The notes under the pieces are model-generated. The model was not told the DNA's origin. It was given only the letters and a program-made list of their open reading frames with translations, and did no database searches. Shown one piece after another: positions 34,464-44,897 of a stretch of 64,000 nucleotides of DNA. This DNA is from Candidatus Nomurabacteria bacterium (GTDB taxonomy: Bacteria > Patescibacteriota > Minisyncoccia > Phycocordibacterales > SBAW01): assembly GCA_943356495.1 (NCBI GenBank), contig CALRFF010000002.1, positions 99,826 to 163,825 of the forward strand, written 5' to 3'. Position 1 is the stretch's first letter, and every line of letters starts with the position of its first letter. Both the position numbers and the translations under genes were made by a program.

Positions 34464-36012
34464 CTTGCACCGTCGGTGGTTTTTGTTGCCGATACTGTCC
34501 GGCGTACTTTTGGTGCTTACCTTCCATCCGTTTAATGTGTGGCCGTTGGGATTTGTGGCGCTTGCGCCGCTGTATTATTTTGTCGGCGGTTTTCCGCATA
34601 CGCGGTGGATTGTGTTTTGGGGCGGCTTTATCGCCGGCGGAATCTTTTCCTTTTGTTTGTCGTACTACACCATCGTGCAGTTTCATTGGCTGCCGGAAGC
34701 GTATTTGTTTGTCGGGGCAGTGCGGCTGCTGGTGGTACCTATTACGCTTTTGGGCGGCGCGATGTGCGGCGGCGCGATGCTGCTGTATCGTGCTCTACGC
34801 TGCGACTCGCTGCTTGGCAATGCACTTCTTGCCGCGGCTTTGTATACCGCGGCCGAGGTGGCGCTCGGGTATATATTTGGCGGCTACTATTTAGGACTGC
34901 TTGCATACGCGGCGACACCGGTCCCGCTGGTACTGAGTATTGCGGCACTCGGCGGCGCGCATGCGGTGTCTTTTGTACTTGCGTTTGTCAACGGCTATGT
35001 GGCCGAAGCCTGTATAGTGTGGCGGGCCAACCGCCCCGCGGTTTTGCGTGCAGCTGTAGTGGCACTGTGTTTCGCTGCGCTTGTGCTGTTACCCAATTGG
35101 ATATACCTACATCAACCGTTACCTACCACCCAAACATTTTCGGTAGTGCTGCTCCAACAGGGTTCGCGCGAGCGTATGGTATTCGGCAAAGAGCATGACG
35201 GCATATTTTCCTGGGGTATGGGCGGCCGGCTTACCGACGCAGCCTCGAGTTCGCCCGATTTAGTTATCTACCCTTTTTCGCCGGTCGAGGGTGCATTGTA
35301 CCGTGCTGAGGCGCCGGCGTTTAATAAAGAGGTGTTGGTCGCAAGCGAAAAGTCGGTAGCACGTTTTCTTGCCGAGGTTATGCCCGCACGTGTCCCGCTT
35401 ATGACATGGAACAATGTCTACGCGGACGGTAATTTTTACAACCAATACGAAGTGTGGCAAGACGGCGCGGTTGCCGCGCAATATCAAAAGCGCGTCCTTT
35501 TTGCATTTATGGATTACACGCCCCTCTGGGCTCAGCGTATCGGTTTATTCTCGACTCCGTTTGATGTGGTAGCCGGCGCGCAAGACAACCGGCTTGTGCT
35601 CGGCGACATCGCGCTCGGCGGGCTTATGTGTTCGGAGTTGCACAACACCACCCTTGCCCGTGCCGAGGCACGGGTTGCGCCGCTTATTATTGCGGTGGGC
35701 TCCGAGGCAATGTTTCAGGACGATGTTGCCAGTGCCTTTAGTCTTAAGGCGGCGCAACTACGCGCTGTAGAAAATAATGTACCGGTTATCCGCGGCAACA
35801 TCCTCGGCCCCTCGGCTATTATCGACCGTTTTGGCTCCCTTTCGGCCTTTGCTCCGGCCGGGGCAGAGGCGACTATTGCTGCCGATGTAGCGCTTACAGC
35901 GCCACGCGCGACCCTGTATAACCGCCTCGGTGGGTGGTTAGTAGCCTTGCTTATATGTGGCATACTAGGCAACGCATGGCATACACGCTCACGGGCAAAG
36001 ACCTTACTATAG
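34453..36012 (+). CDS. apolipoprotein N-acyltransferase-like protein (polytopic N-domain plus C-terminal CN-hydrolase-like domain)
   Basis: The first hydrophobic helices (LLVLTFHPFNVWPLGFVALAPLYYFV) resemble the Lnt N-terminus. Seven to eight TM helices are followed by a roughly 280-aa soluble domain. Assignment is tentative. Confidence 0.45.
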   Translation: MSVNLHRRWFLLPILSGVLLVLTFHPFNVWPLGFVALAPLYYFVGGFPHTRWIVFWGGFIAGGIFSFCLSYYTIVQFHWLPEAYLFVGAVRLLVVPITLLGGAMCGGAMLLYRALRCDSLLGNALLAAALYTAAEVALGYIFGGYYLGLLAYAATPVPLVLSIAALGGAHAVSFVLAFVNGYVAEACIVWRANRPAVLRAAVVALCFAALVLLPNWIYLHQPLPTTQTFSVVLLQQGSRERMVFGKEHDGIFSWGMGGRLTDAASSSPDLVIYPFSPVEGALYRAEAPAFNKEVLVASEKSVARFLAEVMPARVPLMTWNNVYADGNFYNQYEVWQDGAVAAQYQKRVLFAFMDYTPLWAQRIGLFSTPFDVVAGAQDNRLVLGDIALGGLMCSELHNTTLARAEARVAPLIIAVGSEAMFQDDVASAFSLKAAQLRAVENNVPVIRGNILGPSAIIDRFGSLSAFAPAGAEATIAADVALTAPRATLYNRLGGWLVALLICGILGNAWHTRSRAKTLL

Positions 36013-37526
36013 GGCAGATAGCTGCCATAGCCCGCGGCGCGCGCGTCCAGCTCTCGAGCGGTGCGCTTGCCCGCGCCAAGCGCTCCAAAACCTTTTTAGA
36101 TGCCGAGGCGGGCAAGCGTATTATCTACGGCGTTAACACGGGGTTTGGCCCTATGGCCTCGGTGCTTATCGGCAAAGACGACCTTGCGGCACTGCAGCAC
36201 AACTTGGTGCGTAGCCATGCTTGCGGCGCGGGCAAGCCGGTGCCGGAGGAGTATGTGCTTGCCGCTATGGCGGTGCGGCTTAATACGCTGCTGCGCGGAG
36301 ACTCCGGCGTCTCACCAGCACTACTAAAATTATTGGCGCAGCTTATCAACGCGCGTTTTGCCCCTGTGGTGCCGGAGCACGGCGGGGTAGGGGCTTCGGG
36401 TGATCTTATACAACTTGCGCACATCGCACTCGGGATTATAGGAGAGGGCGAGGTATATCTGCGCGGAGTACGTATGCCGGCTTCCGCGGCGTTTAAAAAA
36501 TTACACCTGAAGCCCCACGTGCTCGAGCAAAAAGAAGGCTTGGCGCTTATTAACGGCACTTCTTTTATGACCGGTGTCGGGGCGCTTGTGGCACACGAGG
36601 CGTCGCACATACTCGGCACGGTGGTGCGCAGCAGCGCCTTGGCGCTTGAGGCGGCGGGTGCCTTTGATGATGCCTTGTCGCCCTACCTGCACGCCGCGCG
36701 TCCGCATCAAGGGCAAGGCGAGGTGGCAAAACTACTGCGCTCGCTTACTGCGCAGACAAAACTTTTACGCTCGCGCCGTACATTTGAGCGCTCGCGCGCG
36801 CTCGAAACGCAGACTGTAGCGCTTGGACACGCCGCGCAAGACGTATACTCGCTTCGTTGCAGCCCGCAAATCCTCGGACCCATACTCGAAACACTGCGCA
36901 ATACCGAGCGTGTGCTTACCGTAGAGATGAATGCGGCAACCGATAACCCGCTTATTGACGTTGCGGGCAAGAACATTCTCCATGGAGGCAACTTTCACGG
37001 CGAATATGTTGCCGCCGCAATGGATATGCTTAAACTATCGCTCGCTAAACTGTCGGTGCTGTGCGAGCGCCGCCTTAATTACTTTTTACACGACAACATT
37101 AACGGCATGTATCCGCCGTTCCTAAACCTCGGCACTCCGGGGCTCACTCTGGGACTCCAAGGGTTGCAGTTTGTGGCTACTTCGACTACGGCGCTAAACC
37201 AGACCTTGGCCTACCCGCACTCGCTCCACTCGATACCGAGCAACGCCGATAATCAGGATGTCGTTTCGATGGGCGCGGACGCGGCGCTGCTGTGTGGAAA
37301 GGTCGCCGCAAACACAGCTATCGTTGCCGCTATAGAGTTGGCGGCCCTTTCTCAGACATTTGCAATAACCGGTGCCGAACGTTCGGCAAGCGGGCAGGGT
37401 AGGGTGTTGTTGCGCGCGGTCCGCGGCACAGTACGTCCGGTGCGTGAAGACAGGCCTTTGTATGCCGATATACAAAAACTCGCCGAGGCGGTGCGCCTTG
37501 GCGAGTTGGGGGAGCCCCTTTTGTAG
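35976..37526 (+). CDS. MIO-dependent aromatic/histidine ammonia-lyase family enzyme
   Basis: GASGDL (the Ala-Ser-Gly triad that forms the MIO cofactor) is present, with flanking GVNTGFG and NGTSFMTG motifs characteristic of HAL/PAL/TAL/aminomutases. Internal Met start. Confidence 0.85.
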   Translation: MAYTLTGKDLTIGQIAAIARGARVQLSSGALARAKRSKTFLDAEAGKRIIYGVNTGFGPMASVLIGKDDLAALQHNLVRSHACGAGKPVPEEYVLAAMAVRLNTLLRGDSGVSPALLKLLAQLINARFAPVVPEHGGVGASGDLIQLAHIALGIIGEGEVYLRGVRMPASAAFKKLHLKPHVLEQKEGLALINGTSFMTGVGALVAHEASHILGTVVRSSALALEAAGAFDDALSPYLHAARPHQGQGEVAKLLRSLTAQTKLLRSRRTFERSRALETQTVALGHAAQDVYSLRCSPQILGPILETLRNTERVLTVEMNAATDNPLIDVAGKNILHGGNFHGEYVAAAMDMLKLSLAKLSVLCERRLNYFLHDNINGMYPPFLNLGTPGLTLGLQGLQFVATSTTALNQTLAYPHSLHSIPSNADNQDVVSMGADAALLCGKVAANTAIVAAIELAALSQTFAITGAERSASGQGRVLLRAVRGTVRPVREDRPLYADIQKLAEAVRLGELGEPLL

Positions 37527-37788
37527 TAGTTTAGAGAATCGAGCTGCAACCGGTAAAGTGCGTGCCGCCGCTTGCCAGTTGGCAGTCGGTCGCCGGAGCA
37601 ATGCGGAGTGTTTGGCTGTCGCCGAGCGCTTTAACGATAAAACTAGTAAGGACTTGTGATACGACGGTAACGAACGCAACTGCGGCGAGCATCATAAACA
37701 GCACCGATGCGCGTAGATGGGTAGTGAGTGTCATGGCTTTAGTATGTGCTTTGTAGTGCATATCGGCAATTACGCTATCCACATGGGT

Positions 37789-38382
37789 TTATACCTCCTG
37801 ATAGTGGGGGTCTACGATTACCCGCAAACTCTTAGAGTTTGAGGAGCCGCCGTCGCCGTTTTGGCATGTGATGGAAAAGGTCGTAGTTTGCGTAAGTGCG
37901 CCGGTCGATACTTGGCCTGTTGCACCGCCGCTAAAGGTAAGGCCATTTTCGCCTGTTACCGTGCACGTGGTGGCGTCGGTGACATTCCAATGGAGTGTGG
38001 TGGAGTCGTTGGTGCCTATGGTCGACGGTTCGGCGTAAAAGCCGGTGTCCGGCAAAAAGCCGGGCGCGGGGCATTGTGAGTTAGGCGGCGCGCTTGAGTT
38101 GCAAGTGCCACCCACAATAAAGCCGGAGTTGCGTTGGCCGCAACTGTTTGCAGGCGAAGCGCACGCTTCGCCTGAACCGCCCCCTCCGCCTCCGGCGTTT
38201 TCGTTAACGCAGTTTTTAAAAATATTGTAACCGCAGGGAGCAAGTGCGTTTAGGGCAAGACCGAAGACAATGTCGGATACGATGACGCCCAGCAGCGGTC
38301 CTATAATTGGCGCAAGCACTATCGCTACTACAACGATGAGTATTGTGAGTATGCTTGAGCCCTTTGGGTTTTTGCGCGGCAT
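37789..38382 (-). CDS. hypothetical membrane-anchored secreted protein with Gly-rich linker and Ig-like C-terminal domain
   Basis: N-terminal TM, a GGGGGSG linker and a Thr-rich beta domain. Confidence 0.4.
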   Translation of the reverse strand: MPRKNPKGSSILTILIVVVAIVLAPIIGPLLGVIVSDIVFGLALNALAPCGYNIFKNCVNENAGGGGGGSGEACASPANSCGQRNSGFIVGGTCNSSAPPNSQCPAPGFLPDTGFYAEPSTIGTNDSTTLHWNVTDATTCTVTGENGLTFSGGATGQVSTGALTQTTTFSITCQNGDGGSSNSKSLRVIVDPHYQEV

Positions 38383-38389
38383 ACAATAA

Positions 38390-38896
38390 TTAGCGAATAT
38401 TAATAGTATACATCGTCCCCAGCCACAGTATAAACGCGAGCGCTAGGGCTGCCCGCCCCTGCCACGAGTCGCGCAGCCCTTTGCGCAGCGTATAGAGGTA
38501 CCATAACAGGAGCGCGTTACATATCAGCATCACCACCCAGCTTACTTTTAGTTCCTGCACCAAATAGTAGTGATAGCCGACCAGCAAGAGGTTTGCGCTT
38601 AGGTTGAACGCAAATACGTAGATAAGCCAATACTGGCGCGTAAAAAACATATAGGCAGCGACCATATACAAGAGCCCATAGGCCGGCGCCGAATACAGGA
38701 CAACACTGCTTAGGTGCCAAGTGATATAGGCGTTAAGAAACGCTATGGCGCCCAATATCAGCAGGACAACGCCGAAAAAGTTGAGTAGGAGCCGATGGCG
38801 GTAGGATACGACAGGGTAGGTGGATAACATAAGGCTAGAAGAGTTACATATCAAGTATACTGTAGGTACGCAGAGCCCCGTACTTAATTTATGCAC
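38390..38896 (-). CDS. hypothetical integral membrane protein
   Basis: Four to five TM helices. Tail-to-head with the previous gene. Confidence 0.4.
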   Translation of the reverse strand: MHKLSTGLCVPTVYLICNSSSLMLSTYPVVSYRHRLLLNFFGVVLLILGAIAFLNAYITWHLSSVVLYSAPAYGLLYMVAAYMFFTRQYWLIYVFAFNLSANLLLVGYHYYLVQELKVSWVVMLICNALLLWYLYTLRKGLRDSWQGRAALALAFILWLGTMYTINIR

Positions 38897-39637
38897 ACTG
38901 GTATACGCACCGCACTTATTTTTGCGCTAGGGCTCTTTGGGGGCTTGGCGCTGGCGGTACCTATACTTTTTTTTGCATTGCGTACCGAAGCTGTACAGGG
39001 TCTTATACGCTCGAGTGTCGTGGCGTCTCAAACATGGCCTGATGTAACAACTCTTATCCAGCAGGCGGGCGGCGGCAGTCCCGAGCAAACCAAAGCCGCG
39101 CTCGACCTACTTTCAGCAAAACTAAGTGTTGTTGTCCCGTCCTCTGAGGGTACGGCCGAATATGCGGTTGCGCTTAACGGGCTGTTTGCCGACCTACAAG
39201 CTATTGCGTCGAGCACGAACCAGCTGGGTCCGCTGCTCGTACAAATGAACAGCCAGTCGCTCAGCGGCGATTTTACCGGCTTTTTTGACCTCGTGTACCG
39301 CGCTAAAGTGCTGGTTGCTCAACAAAAAGCTATTTCGGCGCAATTTTCCCAACACCTTACGGCACTCTCGGCCGCTAACCAAAAAACACCCAATGCCGTA
39401 ACACGCTCGCTGACGCAGGCCTTGCTTGCGGCAGGGCAGCCGGTGCCTGTCGACTTTAATAGCTATCTCTCTACACTCGACCAGCTCCTTTCCGGTAGTG
39501 TGCCGTCTGCCGCGCTTATTGCCGACATGGGGGCAAAGGCGGGAGTATTTAGTAAAGACTTGGAAGTATTTGGCGCAAGCTTGCAGCAGCTGCTTGTGCG
39601 ATTTGGCACTATACTCGGCACCGCGCCTACTCAATAG
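38891..39637 (+). CDS. hypothetical secreted/membrane-anchored protein
   Basis: N-terminal TM. Ala/Leu/Gln-rich helical sequence. Confidence 0.4.
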   Translation: MHTGIRTALIFALGLFGGLALAVPILFFALRTEAVQGLIRSSVVASQTWPDVTTLIQQAGGGSPEQTKAALDLLSAKLSVVVPSSEGTAEYAVALNGLFADLQAIASSTNQLGPLLVQMNSQSLSGDFTGFFDLVYRAKVLVAQQKAISAQFSQHLTALSAANQKTPNAVTRSLTQALLAAGQPVPVDFNSYLSTLDQLLSGSVPSAALIADMGAKAGVFSKDLEVFGASLQQLLVRFGTILGTAPTQ

Positions 39638-39639
39638 CA

Positions 39640-40128
39640 GTGGCTCAAGGACTTGGCATGTTGCTCCTTTTTTCGTGGGCAGTGTGTTGGTATTTTTTTT
39701 GCATACGGTATAACAAGCCTCCGCATACGGAGACGCGCGCCAGTCATATTTTTACCGTTACGAGTTACGCCGTGTTTTGTGTATTGATAGTTTGGAGTTT
39801 GTATATGTGGCTGGTGCCGCCCGCAGTGCCTCGTGGGTGGATACTGCTGGTCGCGGCATCACTGACTTTGGGAGGACAGTGGGGTATGTGCGCCGCCCGC
39901 AAAGAGCTGCCGCTCTCAACGTACCAAGTAGTCATGCGCATTTTACCTATGCACATCAACACGGGCATATACGGGTACTTTACGCACCCGATGTACATAG
40001 GGCTTCTTGCCGCGCTGCTTGGGTCGGCGCTAGTATTAGATAATGAAGCGGCAGTAGGGGCGCTGGTCCTGCTATTGCCGGTACTTGCGGTGCGTGCGTG
40101 GGCGGAAGAGGGGCTGAAACTCCGGTGA
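39640..40128 (+). CDS. isoprenylcysteine carboxyl methyltransferase (ICMT)/phospholipid methyltransferase-family membrane protein
   Basis: Membrane protein with GIYGYFTHPMYIGLLAALLG, which resembles the ICMT-family motif. Confidence 0.45.
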   Translation: MAQGLGMLLLFSWAVCWYFFCIRYNKPPHTETRASHIFTVTSYAVFCVLIVWSLYMWLVPPAVPRGWILLVAASLTLGGQWGMCAARKELPLSTYQVVMRILPMHINTGIYGYFTHPMYIGLLAALLGSALVLDNEAAVGALVLLLPVLAVRAWAEEGLKLR

Positions 40129-40154
40129 ACGCCACCCTGTTATAAGGGTACGCC

Positions 40155-40760
40155 ATGATATATGCTACAGGCATGGAGTATCTAAGCCTCGAGGATACCG
40201 GGGAGGGGAAGAGCGATGAAGAATTGCTTAGCCTTTCGGTCGCACACCCGTCCTTGTTTGCGTTGTTGGTGCGCAAGTACGAGGCGGCCTTTTTGCGCAA
40301 GGCCGTGTCTATTATCCGCGACGAAGAAGAGGCTATAGACATTGTGCAGGAAGCGTTTACCAAAATATATCTCAATGCTAAAAAGTTTACCCCGCAGGCG
40401 GGAGCGAGCTTCTCCTCATGGGGCTACCGGATACTTATTAATACCGCGCTTACGCACTACCAAAAGCGCAAGCGCCGCGGCCTGCACACGGCCCAACTCG
40501 ACGAGGAAATTTGGCAGCTTATCCCCGACAAGCAGCTGCGTCAGTTTGAAAAAACTGAGTTTATGGACGAGGTGGCGTCGGTGCTTACGCGTATGCCCGG
40601 CACCCTTGCCCGCGCTCTTACGCGGTTTTTCTTAGACGGAGCATCGCAAGAGGAGATAGCGCAGGAAGAGGGGCTGTCGGTAGGAGCGATAAAAACCCGC
40701 GTACACCGCGCGAAGGCGGAGTTTAAAAAAATACACGAAACCTTAGAAGTTAAGCCCTAG
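40155..40760 (+). CDS. RNA polymerase sigma-70 family (ECF-type) sigma factor
   Basis: Region 2 reads EAIDIVQEAFTKIY. Region 4 HTH reads LDGASQEEIAQEEGLSVGAIKTRVHRAKAEFKK. Confidence 0.8.
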   Translation: MIYATGMEYLSLEDTGEGKSDEELLSLSVAHPSLFALLVRKYEAAFLRKAVSIIRDEEEAIDIVQEAFTKIYLNAKKFTPQAGASFSSWGYRILINTALTHYQKRKRRGLHTAQLDEEIWQLIPDKQLRQFEKTEFMDEVASVLTRMPGTLARALTRFFLDGASQEEIAQEEGLSVGAIKTRVHRAKAEFKKIHETLEVKP

Positions 40761-40771
40761 TTGTAACGTAT

Positions 40772-41092
40772 ATGCAAAGCAATATTGAGCGGCAGGTTAT
40801 GGCGTCGGTGGGGGTTATTTACGGCGCACGCAAACTGCTTAGCGCGACCGCGCTTAAGGTCTACGCCCTTGCCGTGGCGGGTTACGCGCTGGTGCAGCTT
40901 ACCTGGGTGCATCGCGTATTCGAAAATTGGGCAAATGTCGGCATCGGCGGTACGTGGGAGTTTGCAACCTATGCGCTACTGCACACCAACCTCCCCGTAC
41001 AAATTGCGCTCGGTATCCTTGCGGTACTCGGACTTTCTTTGCTGCGCGACATGGTACGCACGCTTGCCGGCTCTAGCCTGCAAACCGCATAG
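40772..41092 (+). CDS. hypothetical membrane protein, possible anti-sigma factor partner
   Basis: Two to three TM helices. Lies immediately downstream of the ECF sigma factor. Confidence 0.3.
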   Translation: MQSNIERQVMASVGVIYGARKLLSATALKVYALAVAGYALVQLTWVHRVFENWANVGIGGTWEFATYALLHTNLPVQIALGILAVLGLSLLRDMVRTLAGSSLQTA

Positions 41093-41095
41093 GGA

Positions 41096-42202
41096 CTACT
41101 CCTCGCTTGAGGAGCCGCTTGAGGCGACTTTGGCTTGCACAACGTTGTCGCTGAGCGCCTTGCGGATTTCTTTAAGCAGCTCGTTGGCTATTTTTTTATT
41201 TTCCCGCAGGTAGGTGCGCGACGCGTCGTACCCGCGACCCAGCTTTTCTTCTCCAAAACTATAGGAAGAGCCGGATTTTTGTACCACACCCAAACTTTCG
41301 CCCAAGGCAAGTAGCTCGCCCTCGCGCGAAATCCCTTCGTTGTACATCAGGTCAAACTCGGTTTTGCGGAAGGGGGCGGCCACTTTGTTTTTAACCACCT
41401 TGACGCGGTGCCGACCGCCCACCACTTCTTCGCCTTTTTTTATCTGCGCGATACGGCGGATATCAAGACGCACCGAGGTATAAAATTTTAATGCCTTGCC
41501 GCCGGTGGTCGTCTCCGGATTGCCGAACATCACCCCAATTTGCATGCGGATCTGGTTGATAAAAATGACTATAGTCTTTGACTTGGCGGTAATGGCCGTA
41601 AGTTTGCGCAAGGCCTGCGACATAAGCCGCGCTTGTTTGCCCACTTGGTAGGAGCCCATGTCGCCTTCTATTTCGTCTTTGGGGGTAAGCGCGGCGACCG
41701 AGTCTATAACCACGATGTCGATTTTGCCCGAGCGCACCAACGACTCTACAATCTCGAGCGCCTGCTCGCCGGTATCCGGTTGGCTTACCAGCAACTCGTC
41801 TATTTTTACGCCGATTTTTTTAGCGTATTCGGGGTCAAGCGCGTGCTCGGCATCTATAAAGGCGCAGATGCCGCCTTTTTTCTGCGCCTCGGCGATAGCA
41901 TGCAAGGTAAGCGTTGTTTTGCCCGATGACTCCGGCCCGTAAATTTCCATAATGCGGCCGCGCGGATAGCCGCCGATACCGAGCGCCCAGTCGAGCCCGA
42001 TAGAGCCGGAAGGGATGACGTCGACGTCGACTTTTGCCGAGTCGCCGAGCTTCATAATAGCTTCGTCGCCGAACTTGGTTTTAATATCGCGGATAGCGGC
42101 GTCTATGGCAGTCGAGTCCTTGCCGTCTTTGTTTCCCATCGACTTCTCCGGCTTTTTTTCTTTTGATTTAAGTGCCATGCAATTTATGCGTTTAGCGGAC
42201 AA
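41096..42202 (-). CDS. recA: recombinase RecA
   Basis: [36 protein letters not shown] contains the Walker A motif. Canonical RecA throughout. Start uncertain (M1 or the M at MALKSKEK). Confidence 0.95.
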   Translation of the reverse strand: MSAKRINCMALKSKEKKPEKSMGNKDGKDSTAIDAAIRDIKTKFGDEAIMKLGDSAKVDVDVIPSGSIGLDWALGIGGYPRGRIMEIYGPESSGKTTLTLHAIAEAQKKGGICAFIDAEHALDPEYAKKIGVKIDELLVSQPDTGEQALEIVESLVRSGKIDIVVIDSVAALTPKDEIEGDMGSYQVGKQARLMSQALRKLTAITAKSKTIVIFINQIRMQIGVMFGNPETTTGGKALKFYTSVRLDIRRIAQIKKGEEVVGGRHRVKVVKNKVAAPFRKTEFDLMYNEGISREGELLALGESLGVVQKSGSSYSFGEEKLGRGYDASRTYLRENKKIANELLKEIRKALSDNVVQAKVASSGSSSEE

Positions 42203-42528
42203 TAGGTGACTACGGTGAGCGCGACTGATTGATGCGCACGGCGGCCAAACCGGTCTACCGCCGCCACGGTGATTACAGTATAGCCCGCAGGCGGGGAGAA
42301 GCGGTACACAAATTTGCCCGCCTCATCGGTGTAGGAGGGCGCGTCATTAATGGTCAAAAAAGCTATATTTTGAGCCGTACCTTCAATAGTCACCAGTGCT
42401 GTCGAGGTTGCGGAGCCGTTTTTTGGGGTGTTGATACTGATCTCGGGGCCCGCAACCAGCTTGCGGGCCTCAAATGCCCCGTAGCCTAAAAGGACAACGA
42501 GCGCGAGGCCGATAAGCAGGCGGTTCAT
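42184..42528 (-). CDS. hypothetical secreted protein (114 aa)
   Basis: N-terminal signal/TM. Co-oriented between ftsK and recA. Confidence 0.35.
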   Translation of the reverse strand: MNRLLIGLALVVLLGYGAFEARKLVAGPEISINTPKNGSATSTALVTIEGTAQNIAFLTINDAPSYTDEAGKFVYRFSPPAGYTVITVAAVDRFGRRAHQSVALTVVTYCPLNA

Positions 42529-44744
42529 AGATTCTCTTCGCCGGAGGAGGGGGAGGCACCGACGGGGCCTTGGCCCTTTTCCAAAATTTCGCGGGGCTTG
42601 GCACCGTCGCCGGGGCCTATGACCCCGCGTTCTTCAAGTATGTCGATAATGCGCGCCGCGCGGGCGTAGCCGATGCGCAGTTTGCGTTGCAGGTAACTGG
42701 TCGAGGCTTTGCCGGCTTCTTGTACCGCCGCGCGCGCCGCTTGGTACAGGTCGTCGTCTATGTCATCCTCATCGCCGCCAAAACCGCCGCCGTTGTTAAC
42801 ACTGGAGCCCAAGCCCACGCCGTCATTGCCGGCCGAGGGGGGCACCAGCTCCACGGGTAGCTCCGGTTCATTATGTTTTGCGATAAAGTCGACGATTTTC
42901 TTTACCTCATCTTCGCCGATAAAAGCGTTTTGCAAGCGCACGGGCTTGTTCATGTCGGCCGAAAGGTACAGCATATCGCCGCGGCCGAGCAAGTTTTCGG
43001 CGCCGCCTTGGTCGAGTATGGTGCGTGAGTCTATCTGGCTTGCTACTTGCAGAGCAATGCGCGCGGGAACGTTTGCCTTAATAAGACCGGTAATAACATT
43101 TACCGATGGCCGCTGGGTCGAAAGGACCAAGTGTATACCCACCGCGCGCGACATTTGTGCCAACCGCACTACTGCGGCCTCAAGCTCGCGCGGGTAGCTC
43201 TGCATAATATCGGCAAGCTCGTCGATAATAATGACGATGTAAGGCATCGCCTCGGGCACGGTCTCGCCCTCCTCTAGTTTGCCGCCGCGTCCGCGCAACT
43301 CTTCGAGTGCGGGAGTGAGCACGTTGTGGTGGTACGACTCGATGTCGCGGACACGATGCTCCTCGAGCAGGTTGTAGCGGCGCTCCATTTCTTTACCGGC
43401 CCAGCGCAGGGCAACAATCGCTTTTTTAGCATCGGTAATAACGGGGGTCAGCAGGTGCGGGAGCGAGCGGTACAGGGTTAACTCGACACGTTTAGGGTCG
43501 ACCATAATAAACCGCAGCTGCTGGGGGCCGCACCGGTACAACAAACTGTTGATGAGCCCGTGGATAGCGACCGACTTGCCCGCGCCGGTTGCGCCCGCAA
43601 TAAGCGCGTGCGGCATTTTGGCGATGTTGGCAAACTTGGCGCCACCCGCAATGTCTTTACCCATAGCGACAAGCAGTGCGGCGTTGCTGTCTTTAAACTC
43701 GGCACCGTCGAGCAAAGAACCGAGCCCCACGGTTACTTTAGTTGTGTTGGGGACCTCAATGCCGACCAGCGATTTGCCGGGTATCGGTGCTTCAATACGG
43801 ATCGACGAGGCGCTCAGCGCCAACTCGAGGTTTTTTTGCAGGGTCAAAATTTTCTGCAACCGCACGCCTTGGGCGGGCTTGACCGCGTAGCGGGTTACCG
43901 ACGGGCCGATAGAAATTTCATCAAGTTCTACCGTAATACCGAAGTCCTGTAGCGTGCGCTTAATAATATTAGCGTTTGCTTTTATGTCGCCGACGCCGGG
44001 GCGTCCCTTGTCGCGCTCAAGCAGGCTAAGCGGCGGCGGCGTATATTGGCCAAGAAGTGACTTTAGTTTGTTTGCGTTGCTTTTTGCCGCAACTATAGGC
44101 GCGGCAGCAGGCGCCTCGTACGCCTCTTCTTGCTCGTCTGCAGCGTCGCTGTCTTCCTCGGTCGCTTCTTCAGCGTCCTCGGTTTCCTCCATATCAAGGC
44201 CCGACATAGTCGGTTCTTTTACGGTGGGCGTACCGCGCAAGCGTCTAAACAAGTTCATCACCAGACGCCCCGCGCCGATAAACGGCTCGAGGCTTATGCG
44301 CCCTTCAAGCAAGAGTAGTAGGGAAATAAGAGACACGCCGCCCAGCAGTACCAGTGCGGCATAGATGTCAAAATATTGAATAGCGGGGGAGGCAATAAGC
44401 GAGCCAAGCAGCCCGCCGTGTTCGGAGACTATCTGTACAAAGCCGAGCCCTGCAATAAGAAACACCGCGCTCGCCGCCATTTTAACTATCGAAAATGCGC
44501 CGGTCTCTTCGCGCAGCGCATTGCCCGCAAGCATAAAAAACAGCAAGGGGACAAGGAAGTAGCCGACCCCGAGGAGCGAGGCAAACAGGCGATACGCGTC
44601 CGACCCTGCAATACCCGCCGCGCCAAAGGCGGCCAAGGTAAGAAAGAGCCCGATGATAATAAGTACCACTACCACAATGGCCCGTTTTGTCTCGCCCGGA
44701 ATACGCGCGCCAGCCTTGCCGTTCGAGCTCTTTTTACGCGCCAT
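42525..44744 (-). CDS. ftsK: DNA translocase FtsK/SpoIIIE
   Basis: N-terminal TM helices, an acidic linker, the motor domain with GATGAGKSVAIHGLINSLL (Walker A), and a C-terminal gamma-domain wHTH. Confidence 0.9.
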   Translation of the reverse strand: MARKKSSNGKAGARIPGETKRAIVVVVLIIIGLFLTLAAFGAAGIAGSDAYRLFASLLGVGYFLVPLLFFMLAGNALREETGAFSIVKMAASAVFLIAGLGFVQIVSEHGGLLGSLIASPAIQYFDIYAALVLLGGVSLISLLLLLEGRISLEPFIGAGRLVMNLFRRLRGTPTVKEPTMSGLDMEETEDAEEATEEDSDAADEQEEAYEAPAAAPIVAAKSNANKLKSLLGQYTPPPLSLLERDKGRPGVGDIKANANIIKRTLQDFGITVELDEISIGPSVTRYAVKPAQGVRLQKILTLQKNLELALSASSIRIEAPIPGKSLVGIEVPNTTKVTVGLGSLLDGAEFKDSNAALLVAMGKDIAGGAKFANIAKMPHALIAGATGAGKSVAIHGLINSLLYRCGPQQLRFIMVDPKRVELTLYRSLPHLLTPVITDAKKAIVALRWAGKEMERRYNLLEEHRVRDIESYHHNVLTPALEELRGRGGKLEEGETVPEAMPYIVIIIDELADIMQSYPRELEAAVVRLAQMSRAVGIHLVLSTQRPSVNVITGLIKANVPARIALQVASQIDSRTILDQGGAENLLGRGDMLYLSADMNKPVRLQNAFIGEDEVKKIVDFIAKHNEPELPVELVPPSAGNDGVGLGSSVNNGGGFGGDEDDIDDDLYQAARAAVQEAGKASTSYLQRKLRIGYARAARIIDILEERGVIGPGDGAKPREILEKGQGPVGASPSSGEENL

Positions 44745-44897
44745 AGATAGCGAAATAATACCACCTTACAAGCAGTAAGTCCTTGTGTAGAGCCAAAGTT
44801 GCACGGGGTTACAGAGGTGCTACACTCAAAGACACGAAATGTCCGTTTGAAGTCCTTGTGAAGTAAAGGACAATAACAGACAAGTCAAGGACAACCT

